Of a stretch of 64,000 nt of DNA, positions 9,954 through 18,871 are shown in pieces. The notes beneath the pieces are model-generated. The model made no database searches, had not been told where the DNA came from, and saw only the letters and a program-made list of their open reading frames with translations. Within the stretch, counting starts at the first letter, position 1. Each line of letters begins with the position of its first letter. This DNA comes from an uncultured Actinomycetota bacterium. Lineage in GTDB: Bacteria; Actinomycetota; Actinomycetes; JAHEKZ01. A program made the translations under genes and the position numbers. The stretch lies in contig CAVQYR010000002.1 in NCBI GenBank assembly GCA_963718235.1, forward strand, positions 525,454 through 589,453. Direction: 5' to 3'.

Positions 9954-11843
9954 ATGGGTGTCGAGTCCGATCAGGTGACCGGTTCCGCGCCGACGAGCAC
10001 GCGTCCGGGTCCGACGCTGGACCCTCTCGTGATGACCCCGGAGGAGATGCGTCGGACCGGCTACGCCGTCGTGGACGCCATGGTGGGGTGGGCCGACCAG
10101 CCGGACCCGGTCATTCGACGGGCCGACCCCGAGTCCATGCAGGCATGCCTGCACACGGCGTGCCCCGAGGTCGGCGTCGGCATGGACGACGTCCTGGAGC
10201 GGCTGTGCCACGACGTGCTTCCCTTCGCGAGCAAGGTCGGTCACCCGGGCTACTTCGCCTACATCCCCGGCTCGACGACCTGGCCGTCGGCACTGGCGGA
10301 GTTCATGGCCAACGTCACCAACGTCTACTGCGGCTCGTGGATGGAGGCGGCCGGACCGAGCCAGCTGGAGCTCACGGTGCTCGACTGGTTCCGGGACTGG
10401 CTCGGGATGCCGCCGGAAAGCGACGGCGTCCTCGTGTCGGGCGGGTCGGCGTCCAACCTGACCGCGTTGGCTGCTGCCCGCGAGCTCCGGCTCGGTCCGA
10501 TGAGCAAGCACGCGGTCATCTACTGCGCCGACCAGGCGCACTCGTCGGTGGGGCGTGCGGCGCGGGTGCTCGGTTTCCGTCCCGACCAGGTGCACGTCAT
10601 ACCCTCCGACGACCGCTTTCGGCTGCGACCTGAGGCGTTGCGGGCGGCGATCGAGTTCGACCTGGCCGGTGGGCGTCAGCCGTTGGTCGTGTGCGCTGCG
10701 GCCGGGTCGACCAACACCGGAAGCGTCGACCCCATGCACGAGATCGCTGACCTGTGCGCCGAGCTGGGCGTGTGGATGCACGTCGACGCGGCCTACGGCG
10801 GCTTCGCCGCCCTGACCGAGCGTGGTGCAGCAGCACTGGACGGGATCGAGCGCGCCGACTCGGTCACGCTCGACCCGCACAAGTGGCTGTTCCAGCCAAT
10901 GGAGTGTGGTGCCTTGCTGGTCCGCGAGCACGGGGCACTGGAGAAGGCGTTCGGGGTCCTTCCGGACTACCTCGCCGATGCCGACGCCCACGGCACCGAG
11001 GTGAACTTCAGCGACCGCGGGCTCCAGCTGACCCGCAATGCGAGGGCGCTGAAGGTGTGGGCGTCCCTCTCGGCGTTCGGGGTGTCGGCGTTCCGCAGCG
11101 TCGTCGACCGGAGCCTCGACCTGGTCGGGGTAGCCCAGCAGTGCATCGAGTCGGACCCCGACCTCGAGCTGATGAACCCCGCAAGCCTGGGCATCGTGTG
11201 CTTCCGGCGCAGGGTGGACGGACTGAGCGAGGCCCAGACGGCGCGGGTGAACCTGTGGCTGGCGGGCGAGCTGGAGGCAACCGGTCGGGCGATGGTCTCC
11301 TCCACCCGTCTGCACGGTCGATTCGCCCTGCGGATGTGCGTGCTGAACCACCTCACCCAGGAGGAGGACGTCCGCTGGACCCTCGACTACCTCGCGCGCA
11401 CCCCGATCCCGTCCCGGCTCTTGGTCGACGACGTCGATGGTTCAGCCGGCTGGGCCGCGCTGCCCCTGCTGTCCCTCCTGACCGAGGAGGGAGTGGACTT
11501 CCTGGTGAACCACTCCTTCCGGCGTACGTTCTCGGCGGGGTCGACGATCGTGTCGCAGTGGGCCACCGACCGTGACTTCTACGTGGTGCTCGACGGCAAG
11601 GTCGCGGTGAGCGTGGACGGCGAGCTCGTGCGGACCCTCGAGCAGGGGGACTTCTTCGGCGAGATCGCCGCATCGGACTGGGGAAGCGGCTACGGCTACG
11701 TGCGGCTGGCCGACGTCCGGGCCGAGTCCGAGGCCGACCTGATGCTTGTACCTGCGGAGGCACTGGCCAAGCTGATGGGTTCCGAGCCCGCCTTCCGCGA
11801 ACGTGTCCTCACTGCTCGCTCCGACCGGCTCGCGCAGATGTGA
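9954..11843 (+). CDS. PLP-dependent group II decarboxylase fused to a C-terminal cyclic-nucleotide-binding (CAP_ED) domain
   Basis: A GAGAGGGG SD precedes the ATG at 9954. There is one continuous frame of about 630 aa. The decarboxylase part includes HPGYFAYIPGS and the PLP lysine context SVTLDPHKW. The C-terminal 120 aa (GSTIVSQWATDRDFYVVLDGKVAVSVDGELVRTLEQGDFFGEIA...) match the cNMP-binding fold. Confidence 0.8.
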   Translation: MGVESDQVTGSAPTSTRPGPTLDPLVMTPEEMRRTGYAVVDAMVGWADQPDPVIRRADPESMQACLHTACPEVGVGMDDVLERLCHDVLPFASKVGHPGYFAYIPGSTTWPSALAEFMANVTNVYCGSWMEAAGPSQLELTVLDWFRDWLGMPPESDGVLVSGGSASNLTALAAARELRLGPMSKHAVIYCADQAHSSVGRAARVLGFRPDQVHVIPSDDRFRLRPEALRAAIEFDLAGGRQPLVVCAAAGSTNTGSVDPMHEIADLCAELGVWMHVDAAYGGFAALTERGAAALDGIERADSVTLDPHKWLFQPMECGALLVREHGALEKAFGVLPDYLADADAHGTEVNFSDRGLQLTRNARALKVWASLSAFGVSAFRSVVDRSLDLVGVAQQCIESDPDLELMNPASLGIVCFRRRVDGLSEAQTARVNLWLAGELEATGRAMVSSTRLHGRFALRMCVLNHLTQEEDVRWTLDYLARTPIPSRLLVDDVDGSAGWAALPLLSLLTEEGVDFLVNHSFRRTFSAGSTIVSQWATDRDFYVVLDGKVAVSVDGELVRTLEQGDFFGEIAASDWGSGYGYVRLADVRAESEADLMLVPAEALAKLMGSEPAFRERVLTARSDRLAQM

Positions 11844-11874
11844 GGACCTGGAGCAACCAGGGGACGAGAGGCAC

Positions 11875-12519
11875 ATGAGATTCCGCGACCGACGGGACGC
11901 CGGGCGTCAGCTCGCGGCGTCCCTCGCCTGGGTCCGACCGGAGCATCCGGTCGTGCTCGGTCTCCTGCGCGGGGGCGTACCCGTCGCCTTCGAGGTGGCT
12001 CGAGGGCTCGGGGCTCCGCTGGACGTGGTGATCGTTCGGAAGGTCGGGGTGCCCGGCCAGCCGGAGCTGGCGATGGGTGCGGTCGGCGAGGAGGATGCGC
12101 GGGTCCGCAACGCGTCGGTGATCCACGACGCCGGCGTGACCGTGACCCAGCTGGAGGCGGCCGAACGTGAAGCGGAGGCGCAGGTGAGGATCCGCGCCGG
12201 AGCCGTGCGCCGAGTCAAGCCACGCATCCCGCTGAAGGGGCGCACGGTGGTCATCGTCGACGACGGGGTGGCCACGGGGTCGACGGCACGCGCGGCGTGC
12301 CAGGTGGTTCGGACCGAGGGGGCAGGGCGTGTCGTCCTCGCCGTGCCGGTCGCCCCCGCCGAGACGGTCGTTGCGCTTCGGGAGGTGGCCGACGAGGTGG
12401 TGTGTCTCGACGTGCCGAGTCCCTTCTACTCCGTCGGTCAGTTCTACGACGACTTCACCCAGGTCGAGGACGACGCCGTGATCGCCTGCTTGCGCGAGGT
12501 CGACCCGACCGAGGCGTAG
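11875..12519 (+). CDS. phosphoribosyltransferase family protein (COG1926-like)
   Basis: A GGACGAGAGG SD precedes the ATG at 11875. The N-terminus MRFRDRRDAGRQLA and the PRPP-binding motif VVIVDDGVATGSTARAA support the call. It lies 32 nt after the decarboxylase-CAP gene. Confidence 0.75.
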   Translation: MRFRDRRDAGRQLAASLAWVRPEHPVVLGLLRGGVPVAFEVARGLGAPLDVVIVRKVGVPGQPELAMGAVGEEDARVRNASVIHDAGVTVTQLEAAEREAEAQVRIRAGAVRRVKPRIPLKGRTVVIVDDGVATGSTARAACQVVRTEGAGRVVLAVPVAPAETVVALREVADEVVCLDVPSPFYSVGQFYDDFTQVEDDAVIACLREVDPTEA

Positions 12520-12533
12520 TGCTGGGCTTCGGC

Positions 12534-13130
12534 TCAGCGGGAGTCGAACCAGGCTGGGAATCCATGGAGGTCGTCCAGGATCACGTCGGGGCTCACCTCC
12601 TCCAGAGACTCGCGGCTCACTCCTCCGGTGAGGACCACCACCGAGACGGCATCGGCCGCGCGCGCGGCCGCCACGTCGGCCCAGTGGTCCCCGACGTACA
12701 CGTCGGCCTGCCACTCGCGCAGGGCGATCGCCTTGTCGACCCCCCACAGGTCCCCGACGAGGGCGTCGGTCGCCAGCCGGGACGCCGTCATCGTGACCTC
12801 GGCCAGTGGCTGGTGCTTCGCCGTGACCACCACGACTCGACCGCCGCTGGCCTGGACCGCAGCGATGGCCCGGCGCGCGCCGGGCATCGCGGTGGCCATG
12901 GCGGCACCGAACTTCGCCATGTGGACGCGGAACCGGCGAACGGCGTCATCGACGTCTTCGTCACCGAAGGCGTCGAGCAGTGCGTCGCGAACCGGAGGTC
13001 CGAGCTGCTGAACGATCGCGTCGGCGTCGATCGTGCGCCCGGTCTCGTCGGCCAGCGCGTCCAGACTGGCCCGGATGCCGGCGCGGGAGTCGACGAGGGT
13101 CATGTCCAGGTCGAACCCGACGGTCAACAC
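12534..13130 (-). CDS. HAD family hydrolase (phosphoglycolate-phosphatase-like)
   Basis: Motif I DxDxT (FDLDMTLVDS) is at the N-terminus, and the C-terminus has VYVGDHWADV. 198 aa. Confidence 0.8.
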   Translation of the reverse strand: MLTVGFDLDMTLVDSRAGIRASLDALADETGRTIDADAIVQQLGPPVRDALLDAFGDEDVDDAVRRFRVHMAKFGAAMATAMPGARRAIAAVQASGGRVVVVTAKHQPLAEVTMTASRLATDALVGDLWGVDKAIALREWQADVYVGDHWADVAAARAADAVSVVVLTGGVSRESLEEVSPDVILDDLHGFPAWFDSR

Positions 13131-13157
13131 AGCGCCAGCCTAATGAGCGGTCGTCGG

Positions 13158-13622
13158 CTACCGGGTCGACGGGGGAGCCGGGACGGCGCGACCGAGAGCC
13201 TGGCCGGACAGGCTCGTCGCGATGGAACGGGCCCAGCGCCGCACGTCCGCGTCCCCCTCGTCCTCCGTGGAGAACGTCGCATGGTCGCGGGCCCGCAGAC
13301 GCAGCATCGCCTGCACGGCCCCACGCACCGGAACGTCGGACAGCGCCTCGCCTGCGGGCACCGAGCTGAAGAGCCAGACCGGGCGCCGGAGCAGAGCCAC
13401 CGCGTGGCGACGGGCGAACCGGCGGGCGTCGTCGTGCCAGTGGGACGCGAACACCGCGCCACCCAGCACGACGGCGTCGTACCCGTCGACGAGGTGGATC
13501 TCGAGGGCAGGTGCGACGTCGACGACGAAGTGGTGGCGGCGCAGCTCGTCGGCGACGACCTCGGCGACGTGCCGCGTACCGCCGTTCGACGTGCCGTACG
13601 TCACCAGGACCCGATGGCTCAC
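13158..13622 (-). CDS. flavodoxin-like domain protein
   Basis: VLVTYGTSNGGTRHVAEVVADEL is a flavodoxin phosphate-binding loop. I take the internal GTG at about 13622, which has a GGGGAGG SD 6 nt upstream. The listed ORF extends to 13694. Confidence 0.7.
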   Translation of the reverse strand: MSHRVLVTYGTSNGGTRHVAEVVADELRRHHFVVDVAPALEIHLVDGYDAVVLGGAVFASHWHDDARRFARRHAVALLRRPVWLFSSVPAGEALSDVPVRGAVQAMLRLRARDHATFSTEDEGDADVRRWARSIATSLSGQALGRAVPAPPSTR

Positions 13623-13715
13623 CCGGCACCTCCCCTCGCTGACAACCGGATCTCTCGATGTCAGCACGCCCGCTGCGGCGGCGATACGGTCCAAAGACCC
13701 GAAGCGGGGCTCAGG

Positions 13716-15941
13716 TCACCCCGGGTCGGGGTCGAACCGACGGAGGCGAAGGCTGTTGGTGACCACGAAGACGCTGGAGAAGGCCATGGCGGCCCCCGCG
13801 ATCAGCGGGTTGAGCAGACCCGCGGCGGCCAGCGGGATCGCCGCCACGTTGTAGGCGAAGGCCCAGAACAGGTTGCCCTTGATCGTGGCCAGGACCCGCC
13901 GCGAGAGCTGGATGGCCTGCGGCACGGCCTGGAGGTCACCGCGGACGAGGGTCAGATCGCTGGCCTCGATCGCCACATCGGTCCCGGTACCCATCGAGAT
14001 CCCGAGGTCGGCCTGGGCGAGCCCGGCAGCGTCATTGACCCCGTCACCCACCATCGCCACGACCCGGCCCTGCTCCTGCAGCTCGCGGACGGCAGCGACC
14101 TTGCCTGCCGGGAGCACATCGGCGATGACGGTGTCGATCCCGACCTCCTGGGCGACACTGGCCGCGGCCCGGCGGTTGTCCCCGGTGAGCAGGACCGGGC
14201 GAAGCCCCATCTCCTTGAGCTGGGCCACCGCTGCGGCACTGGTCGGTTTCACCGTGTCGGCCACGACGAGCAGCCCGAGCACGACGCCGTCACCGCCGAC
14301 CGCGACGACGGTGCGTCCGGCCGCCTCGGCCCGCTCGTACTGCGCGGCCAGGGCGGCCGGCAGACCCAGCGCCCAGGACTCCCGAAGCCACGACGGGCGC
14401 CCCGCGGCGACGGCTCGTCCGGCAACGACCCCCTGCACGCCCAGGCCCGCGACGCCGGCGAAGTCGCTGACCTCGGGAAGTGGCCCTACCCGGTCCTCGG
14501 CGGCAGCAGCGATCGCTCGTCCGACCGGATGCTCCGAGGCATGCTCGACCGCACCCGCAAGGAGCAGCAGGTCATCCAGGCCCGTACCGTCAGCCGGGAC
14601 GACGTCTACGAGACGCATTCGGCCCTCGGTCACCGTTCCGGTCTTGTCGAGGACGACGGTGTCGACCCGCCGGGTCGACTCGAGCATCTCCGGTCCCTTG
14701 ATCAGGATCCCGAGCTGAGCGCCGCGACCGGTGCCGACCAGTAGTGCCGTCGGCGTGGCCAGGCCCAGGGCGCACGGGCACGCGATGATCAAGACCGCGA
14801 CGGCCGCGCTGAACGCCATCGTGGCGCTCTCGCCCTGGAGCAGCCAGAAGAGCAGCGTCGCCAGTGAGATCGCGATGACGATCGGGACGAACACCGCGGA
14901 CACCCGGTCCGCCAGACGCTGGACCGGGGCCTTGCCGCTCTGAGCCTGGGTCACCAGGCGAGCCATGGCCGCGAGCTGGGTGTCCTCACCCACCCGGGTC
15001 GCCTCGACAACCAGCCGCCCGCCGACGTTGACGCACCCGCCGACGACGGGTTCGGAAGGCCCGACCTCGACGGGCACGCTCTCGCCGGTGAGCATCGAGG
15101 CGTCGACCGCCGACGTGCCGTCGCGCACCACGCCGTCCGTGGCGATCTTCTCTCCCGGTCGGACCACGAAGCGGTTGCCCACGGCGAGCTGTTCGATGGG
15201 CACGCGCACCTCGTGCCCATCGCGCACCAGGGTGACGTCCTTCGCACCGAGGCGCAGCAACGCATGCAGGGCAGCACCGGACCGTCGCTTGGCACGGGCC
15301 TCGAGATAGCGACCGGTGAGGACGAAGACGGTCACCCCGGCGGCAACCTCGAGATAGAGCTCGTCGGTGCTGCCCCGGCTGGCATCGGTGTGGAACGACA
15401 TCGTCATGCCGGAGTCACCGGCGTCACCGAAGAACAACGAGTACAGCGACCAGCCGAACGCAGCAAGCACGCCCACGCTGATCAGGGTGTCCATCGTGGT
15501 GGTGCCGTGCCGCAGGTTGGTCCATGCAGCACGGTGAAAGGGCCAGGCACCCCACACCACGACAGGCGCGCTGAGGGTCAGGGCCAGCCACTGCCAGTTG
15601 CGGAACTGCAGGGCGGGAACCATCGACAAGACCACGACCGGGACGGTCAGGATCAGGCAGATCTGCAGGCGCTGCCGCAACGATCGGGTCGGGTCGTCCA
15701 GGTCGCTACCGGGAGCTTCGTCGGGCGAGGGGACGGGGAGCTGCGCGTGGTACCCGAGCGCCGCCACCGTGTCGAGAAGGTCGTCAGGGCTCACCGCGCT
15801 GTCGAAGGTCACGAACGCCTGCTCGGTGGCGTAGTTGACGTTTGCTGACACGCCGTCCATCCGGTTGAGCTTCTTCTCGATCCGGGAGGCGCACGACGCG
15901 CACGTCATCCCCGTGATCTCCAGCTCCACCGAGCGGCTCAT
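13716..15941 (-). CDS. copA: copper-translocating P1B-type ATPase
   Basis: 741-aa ORF. It has an N-terminal heavy-metal-associated (HMA) metal-binding domain (GMTCASCASRIE), a CPC motif (IACPCALGLATP), the DKTGT phosphorylation site and GDGVNDAAGLAQADLGISMG. Confidence 0.9.
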   Translation of the reverse strand: MSRSVELEITGMTCASCASRIEKKLNRMDGVSANVNYATEQAFVTFDSAVSPDDLLDTVAALGYHAQLPVPSPDEAPGSDLDDPTRSLRQRLQICLILTVPVVVLSMVPALQFRNWQWLALTLSAPVVVWGAWPFHRAAWTNLRHGTTTMDTLISVGVLAAFGWSLYSLFFGDAGDSGMTMSFHTDASRGSTDELYLEVAAGVTVFVLTGRYLEARAKRRSGAALHALLRLGAKDVTLVRDGHEVRVPIEQLAVGNRFVVRPGEKIATDGVVRDGTSAVDASMLTGESVPVEVGPSEPVVGGCVNVGGRLVVEATRVGEDTQLAAMARLVTQAQSGKAPVQRLADRVSAVFVPIVIAISLATLLFWLLQGESATMAFSAAVAVLIIACPCALGLATPTALLVGTGRGAQLGILIKGPEMLESTRRVDTVVLDKTGTVTEGRMRLVDVVPADGTGLDDLLLLAGAVEHASEHPVGRAIAAAAEDRVGPLPEVSDFAGVAGLGVQGVVAGRAVAAGRPSWLRESWALGLPAALAAQYERAEAAGRTVVAVGGDGVVLGLLVVADTVKPTSAAAVAQLKEMGLRPVLLTGDNRRAAASVAQEVGIDTVIADVLPAGKVAAVRELQEQGRVVAMVGDGVNDAAGLAQADLGISMGTGTDVAIEASDLTLVRGDLQAVPQAIQLSRRVLATIKGNLFWAFAYNVAAIPLAAAGLLNPLIAGAAMAFSSVFVVTNSLRLRRFDPDPG

Positions 15942-15943
15942 GC

Positions 15944-16168
15944 TCAGTCCGCCAGCTCGTACCCGGCCTCGTCGACGGCCGCCGCGACCGCGGCCCGATC
16001 GAGCGGGCTGGTGCTCACGACGACGACCCGCCCGGACTCGAGCTCCACGGTGACCGAGTCGACGTCACCGAGCGCGGTCAGCTCATCGGTCACCGCATGG
16101 ACGCAGTGACCACAGGTCATCCCGTTGACGTGGTACTCGGTGGACACCGTGGCGTGCTGATCGGACAT
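15944..16168 (-). CDS. copZ: copper chaperone, HMA domain
   Basis: A GAAGGAG SD precedes the internal ATG near 16168. The protein MSDQHATVSTEYHVNGMTCGHCVHAVTDEL... has an MxCxxC motif. Its stop is 2 nt from the copA start. Confidence 0.8.
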   Translation of the reverse strand: MSDQHATVSTEYHVNGMTCGHCVHAVTDELTALGDVDSVTVELESGRVVVVSTSPLDRAAVAAAVDEAGYELAD

Positions 16169-16205
16169 GTCGCTCCTTCGTCGAAGAGCGAGTGGACCTG
16201 AACCC

Positions 16206-16592
16206 TCAGGTGCCGCCGCTCGTGGGTGCCCAAGCACGAACGATGTCACGCATGGAGATGATTCCCACGACGTCGGCGTCCTGGATCACCACGAGGTGGC
16301 GGAAACCCCCTCGGCGCATCGTCTCAGCCGCCTCCTCCAGGGTCCACGAGGGGTCGGCGTACGCCGCCTCGTAGGTCAGGTGCTCACCGGACTTGGCCTG
16401 GTCGACGTCGAGGCCGGCGGCGATGGCCCGGACGACGTCACGCTCGGTCAGGATGCCCGGTCCGTGCGCGTCGGTGTCGATCACCACCACTGAGCCGACG
16501 CTTCGGTCGGCCATGAATCGACTGGCGTCCCGAAGGGAGTGGGTCGGCCCCACGCTGACGACCTGGTCGGACATCGTGTCGCGGACCAGCAC
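16206..16592 (-). CDS. CBS domain-containing protein
   Basis: 128-aa ORF. MLVRDTMSDQVVSV...VVVIDTD...HLVVIQDADVVGIISMRDIV are tandem CBS motifs. Confidence 0.8.
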   Translation of the reverse strand: MLVRDTMSDQVVSVGPTHSLRDASRFMADRSVGSVVVIDTDAHGPGILTERDVVRAIAAGLDVDQAKSGEHLTYEAAYADPSWTLEEAAETMRRGGFRHLVVIQDADVVGIISMRDIVRAWAPTSGGT

Positions 16593-16741
16593 GGCCCACC
16601 GCCTCTCGTTCGACCCGGCCCTCGGGTCGGCTGCGGGGCCCGCGAGTCACAGGTTCGTGGGCGGCGCCCTGCAGCCCTGAGCCTGTCCCGTCGGCGCGTC
16701 GGAGGCAAGGGGTTGCCCTCGACCGGTGGCCGGGGAGACTG

Positions 16742-17530
16742 GTGCACACTGGCCGGGTGGAGCGACAGGCAGTCCTGGTCATGGCGGTGCTGGGCTGGAT
16801 CACCGTCACGTTGTTCGTCGACGCGACCGCTTCGCCTGCGACACAGGTGTTCCTCGGCGTGACGACGTGGCTGCTGCTCCTGGGGCTGCTCACCGCCGAG
16901 TCCTCCCTGGTCCGGGTCCAGGTCGCGGTCGTCGTCGCCTTCGCCACGGTGGTGGAGTACACGTTCTCGCAGGGACTGGAGGTGTACGTCTACCGACTGG
17001 AGCACGTGCCGTCGTACGTGCCCCCGGGCCACGGTCTGGTGTACCTGGGTGCCCTGGCGTTCGCCCGGATCGGCTGGGCCCAGCGTCACGAGGGGTGGCT
17101 GTTGGTCGTAGCGGTCACGGCCGTCGCCGGCTATGCGCTCTTCGGGCTGTCACCGTGGGCGCCGCGTCCGGATGCCCTGGGCGCGTTCTGGGCCGTATGC
17201 CTGGTGGCCTTCATGATGTGGGGGCGCTCGCGCCTGGTGTACGTCGGCGCCTTCGTGGTCGTCACCTATCTCGAGCTCGTCGGCACCACCTGGGGCAACT
17301 GGACCTGGGGAACCCACGACCCGACCGGCTGGGTGACCATCGGCAACCCGCCGAGCGGGGCGGCCGGCGGCTACGGGTGGTTCGACCTGGCGGCCCTGGT
17401 GGCCGCGCCCCTCCTGCTGAGACAGTGGTACGCGGTCTCAGCCCGCGTCCGCGGGATCCAGCAGCCCGAGTACCTCGCGGTGCAGCAGACCGTTGGTGCT
17501 CAAGGCGTTGCCGCCGACCAGCGGGTCTGA
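16742..17530 (+). CDS. polytopic membrane protein, hypothetical
   Basis: 262 aa with about 7 hydrophobic helices. It starts with GTG, and GGGGAGA lies just upstream. Its 3' end overlaps the convergent IMPase-family gene by 93 nt. Confidence 0.5.
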   Translation: MHTGRVERQAVLVMAVLGWITVTLFVDATASPATQVFLGVTTWLLLLGLLTAESSLVRVQVAVVVAFATVVEYTFSQGLEVYVYRLEHVPSYVPPGHGLVYLGALAFARIGWAQRHEGWLLVVAVTAVAGYALFGLSPWAPRPDALGAFWAVCLVAFMMWGRSRLVYVGAFVVVTYLELVGTTWGNWTWGTHDPTGWVTIGNPPSGAAGGYGWFDLAALVAAPLLLRQWYAVSARVRGIQQPEYLAVQQTVGAQGVAADQRV

Positions 17531-18256
17531 CCCGTCCAGGGCGCTGATCCGCCCGCCTGCCTCCTCGACGATCGGCACGAGGGCCGCCATGTCCCAGGTA
17601 CCGAGCTGCGGTTCGACCGCCACGTCGATGGCTCCCTCGGCGACGAGCATGTGCGACCAGAAGTCGCCGTAGGCGCGGCTACGCCAGGACCGGTCGAGGA
17701 GCCTGTGGAATCCCGCCGCCGAGCCGGTGGCGGCCCACGCGGGGTCGGTGATCTCGGAGAACGACACCGAGGCGTCCTCGACGTGGGACACCGCTGAAAC
17801 GCGCAGGGGGCGCGCGTCGCTGAGCCTGTGACCGGTCCACGCCCCGTGCCCGCGGGCCGCCCACCACCGAAGGCCCAGGGCGGGTGCGGAGACGACGCCC
17901 ACCACGACCTCGTCGTCGTGCACCAGGCCGATCAGGCTGGCCCACACCGGAACGCCGCGCACGTAGTTCTTCGTGCCGTCGATCGGGTCGAGCACCCACT
18001 GCCGGCTCGCGTCACCCGTCACGCCGAACTCCTCGCCGAGAACGGAGTCGGTCGGGCGCTCGCGGCTCAGCGTCTCTCGCAGCGCCTCCTCGGCGGCGCG
18101 GTCGGCGTCACTGACCGGCGTGAGGTCCGGCTTGGTGTCGATCACGAGGTCGAGCGCACGGAACCGGTTCACGGTGATCGCGTCGGCCTCGTCGGCCAGG
18201 CGGAAGGCGAGCTGCAGGTCCTCGCCGAGGTCGGTCTGGCTCCCCTTGGTGGTCAT
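17438..18256 (-). CDS. inositol monophosphatase family protein (histidinol-phosphatase/SuhB-like)
   Basis: It carries the IMPase motifs WVLDPIDGTKNYVRGVPVWASLIGL and WDMAALVPIVEEAGG. 272 aa. Confidence 0.8.
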   Translation of the reverse strand: MTTKGSQTDLGEDLQLAFRLADEADAITVNRFRALDLVIDTKPDLTPVSDADRAAEEALRETLSRERPTDSVLGEEFGVTGDASRQWVLDPIDGTKNYVRGVPVWASLIGLVHDDEVVVGVVSAPALGLRWWAARGHGAWTGHRLSDARPLRVSAVSHVEDASVSFSEITDPAWAATGSAAGFHRLLDRSWRSRAYGDFWSHMLVAEGAIDVAVEPQLGTWDMAALVPIVEEAGGRISALDGSDPLVGGNALSTNGLLHREVLGLLDPADAG

Positions 18257-18377
18257 GCGTTCACGCTACCGCCGCCGGATCGGGTCGGGGTGGCCGAGCG
18301 TTTCGCTAAGGGTCGGGTAAGGCCGGGCCAACGCCGCGTGTTGACGTTGGAGACAGGAGAACGAGCGGGGTTGACTG

Positions 18378-18863
18378 GTGGCCATGCCTGACAATGTCTT
18401 CGGAATCCCCGTCCACCCCCTGGTCGTGCACGCTGTCGTGGTTCTGATTCCTCTTGCCTCGCTCGGTGTGATCGCAATCGCGTTCGTGCCGAAGTGGCGC
18501 CAGCGGTTCGGTGGGCTCGTGGCCCTCGTCACCCTTGCAGCTGTCGCCATGGTGCCGGTGGCGACCCAGAGCGGCGAGCAGCTCGAGGAGGCGGTTGGCG
18601 AGACACCGTCGCTGGAGAACCACATCGAGCTTGGGAACGCGATGCTCTACTTCGCTCTCCCGTTGCTGGCAGCCGCCGTGGCCCTGTGGTGGCTCGGTCG
18701 ACGGGAGGCGGAGCGCCGGCCGTACGGACGGGGGATCACTCTCGCGGTGGGTGTCGTGTCGGTCGTGGTCGCTCTGGCCGCCACGGCGTGGATCGTGCGA
18801 GTCGGGCACTCCGGCGCCGAGTCCGTGTGGAGTGGGGTGGTCAACTCGATCTCGGCAGGGTGA
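18378..18863 (+). CDS. DUF2231-like small membrane protein
   Basis: It has a GIPVHPLVVHAVVVLIPLASLG N-terminal helix and about 4 TM segments. 161 aa. Confidence 0.6.
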   Translation: MAMPDNVFGIPVHPLVVHAVVVLIPLASLGVIAIAFVPKWRQRFGGLVALVTLAAVAMVPVATQSGEQLEEAVGETPSLENHIELGNAMLYFALPLLAAAVALWWLGRREAERRPYGRGITLAVGVVSVVVALAATAWIVRVGHSGAESVWSGVVNSISAG

Positions 18864-18871
18864 CCCTCGGC

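Noticed and set aside
9780-11351. 523-aa minus-strand ORF antisense to the decarboxylase-CAP gene
   Set aside because: It is a GC-frame artefact: Arg/Pro/Gly-rich with no recognisable domain. The plus-strand gene has an SD and conserved motifs.
12297-14744. 815-aa plus-strand ORF spanning the HAD, flavodoxin and copA region
   Set aside because: It is antisense to three well-supported genes. Its composition is dominated by R/G/D/P, and it has no start context.
16169-16249. Longer copZ ORF starting at 16249 and overlapping the CBS gene
   Set aside because: The internal ATG has a GAAGGAG SD and gives a canonical HMA protein N-terminus. The extension is junk-like and would overlap the upstream gene.
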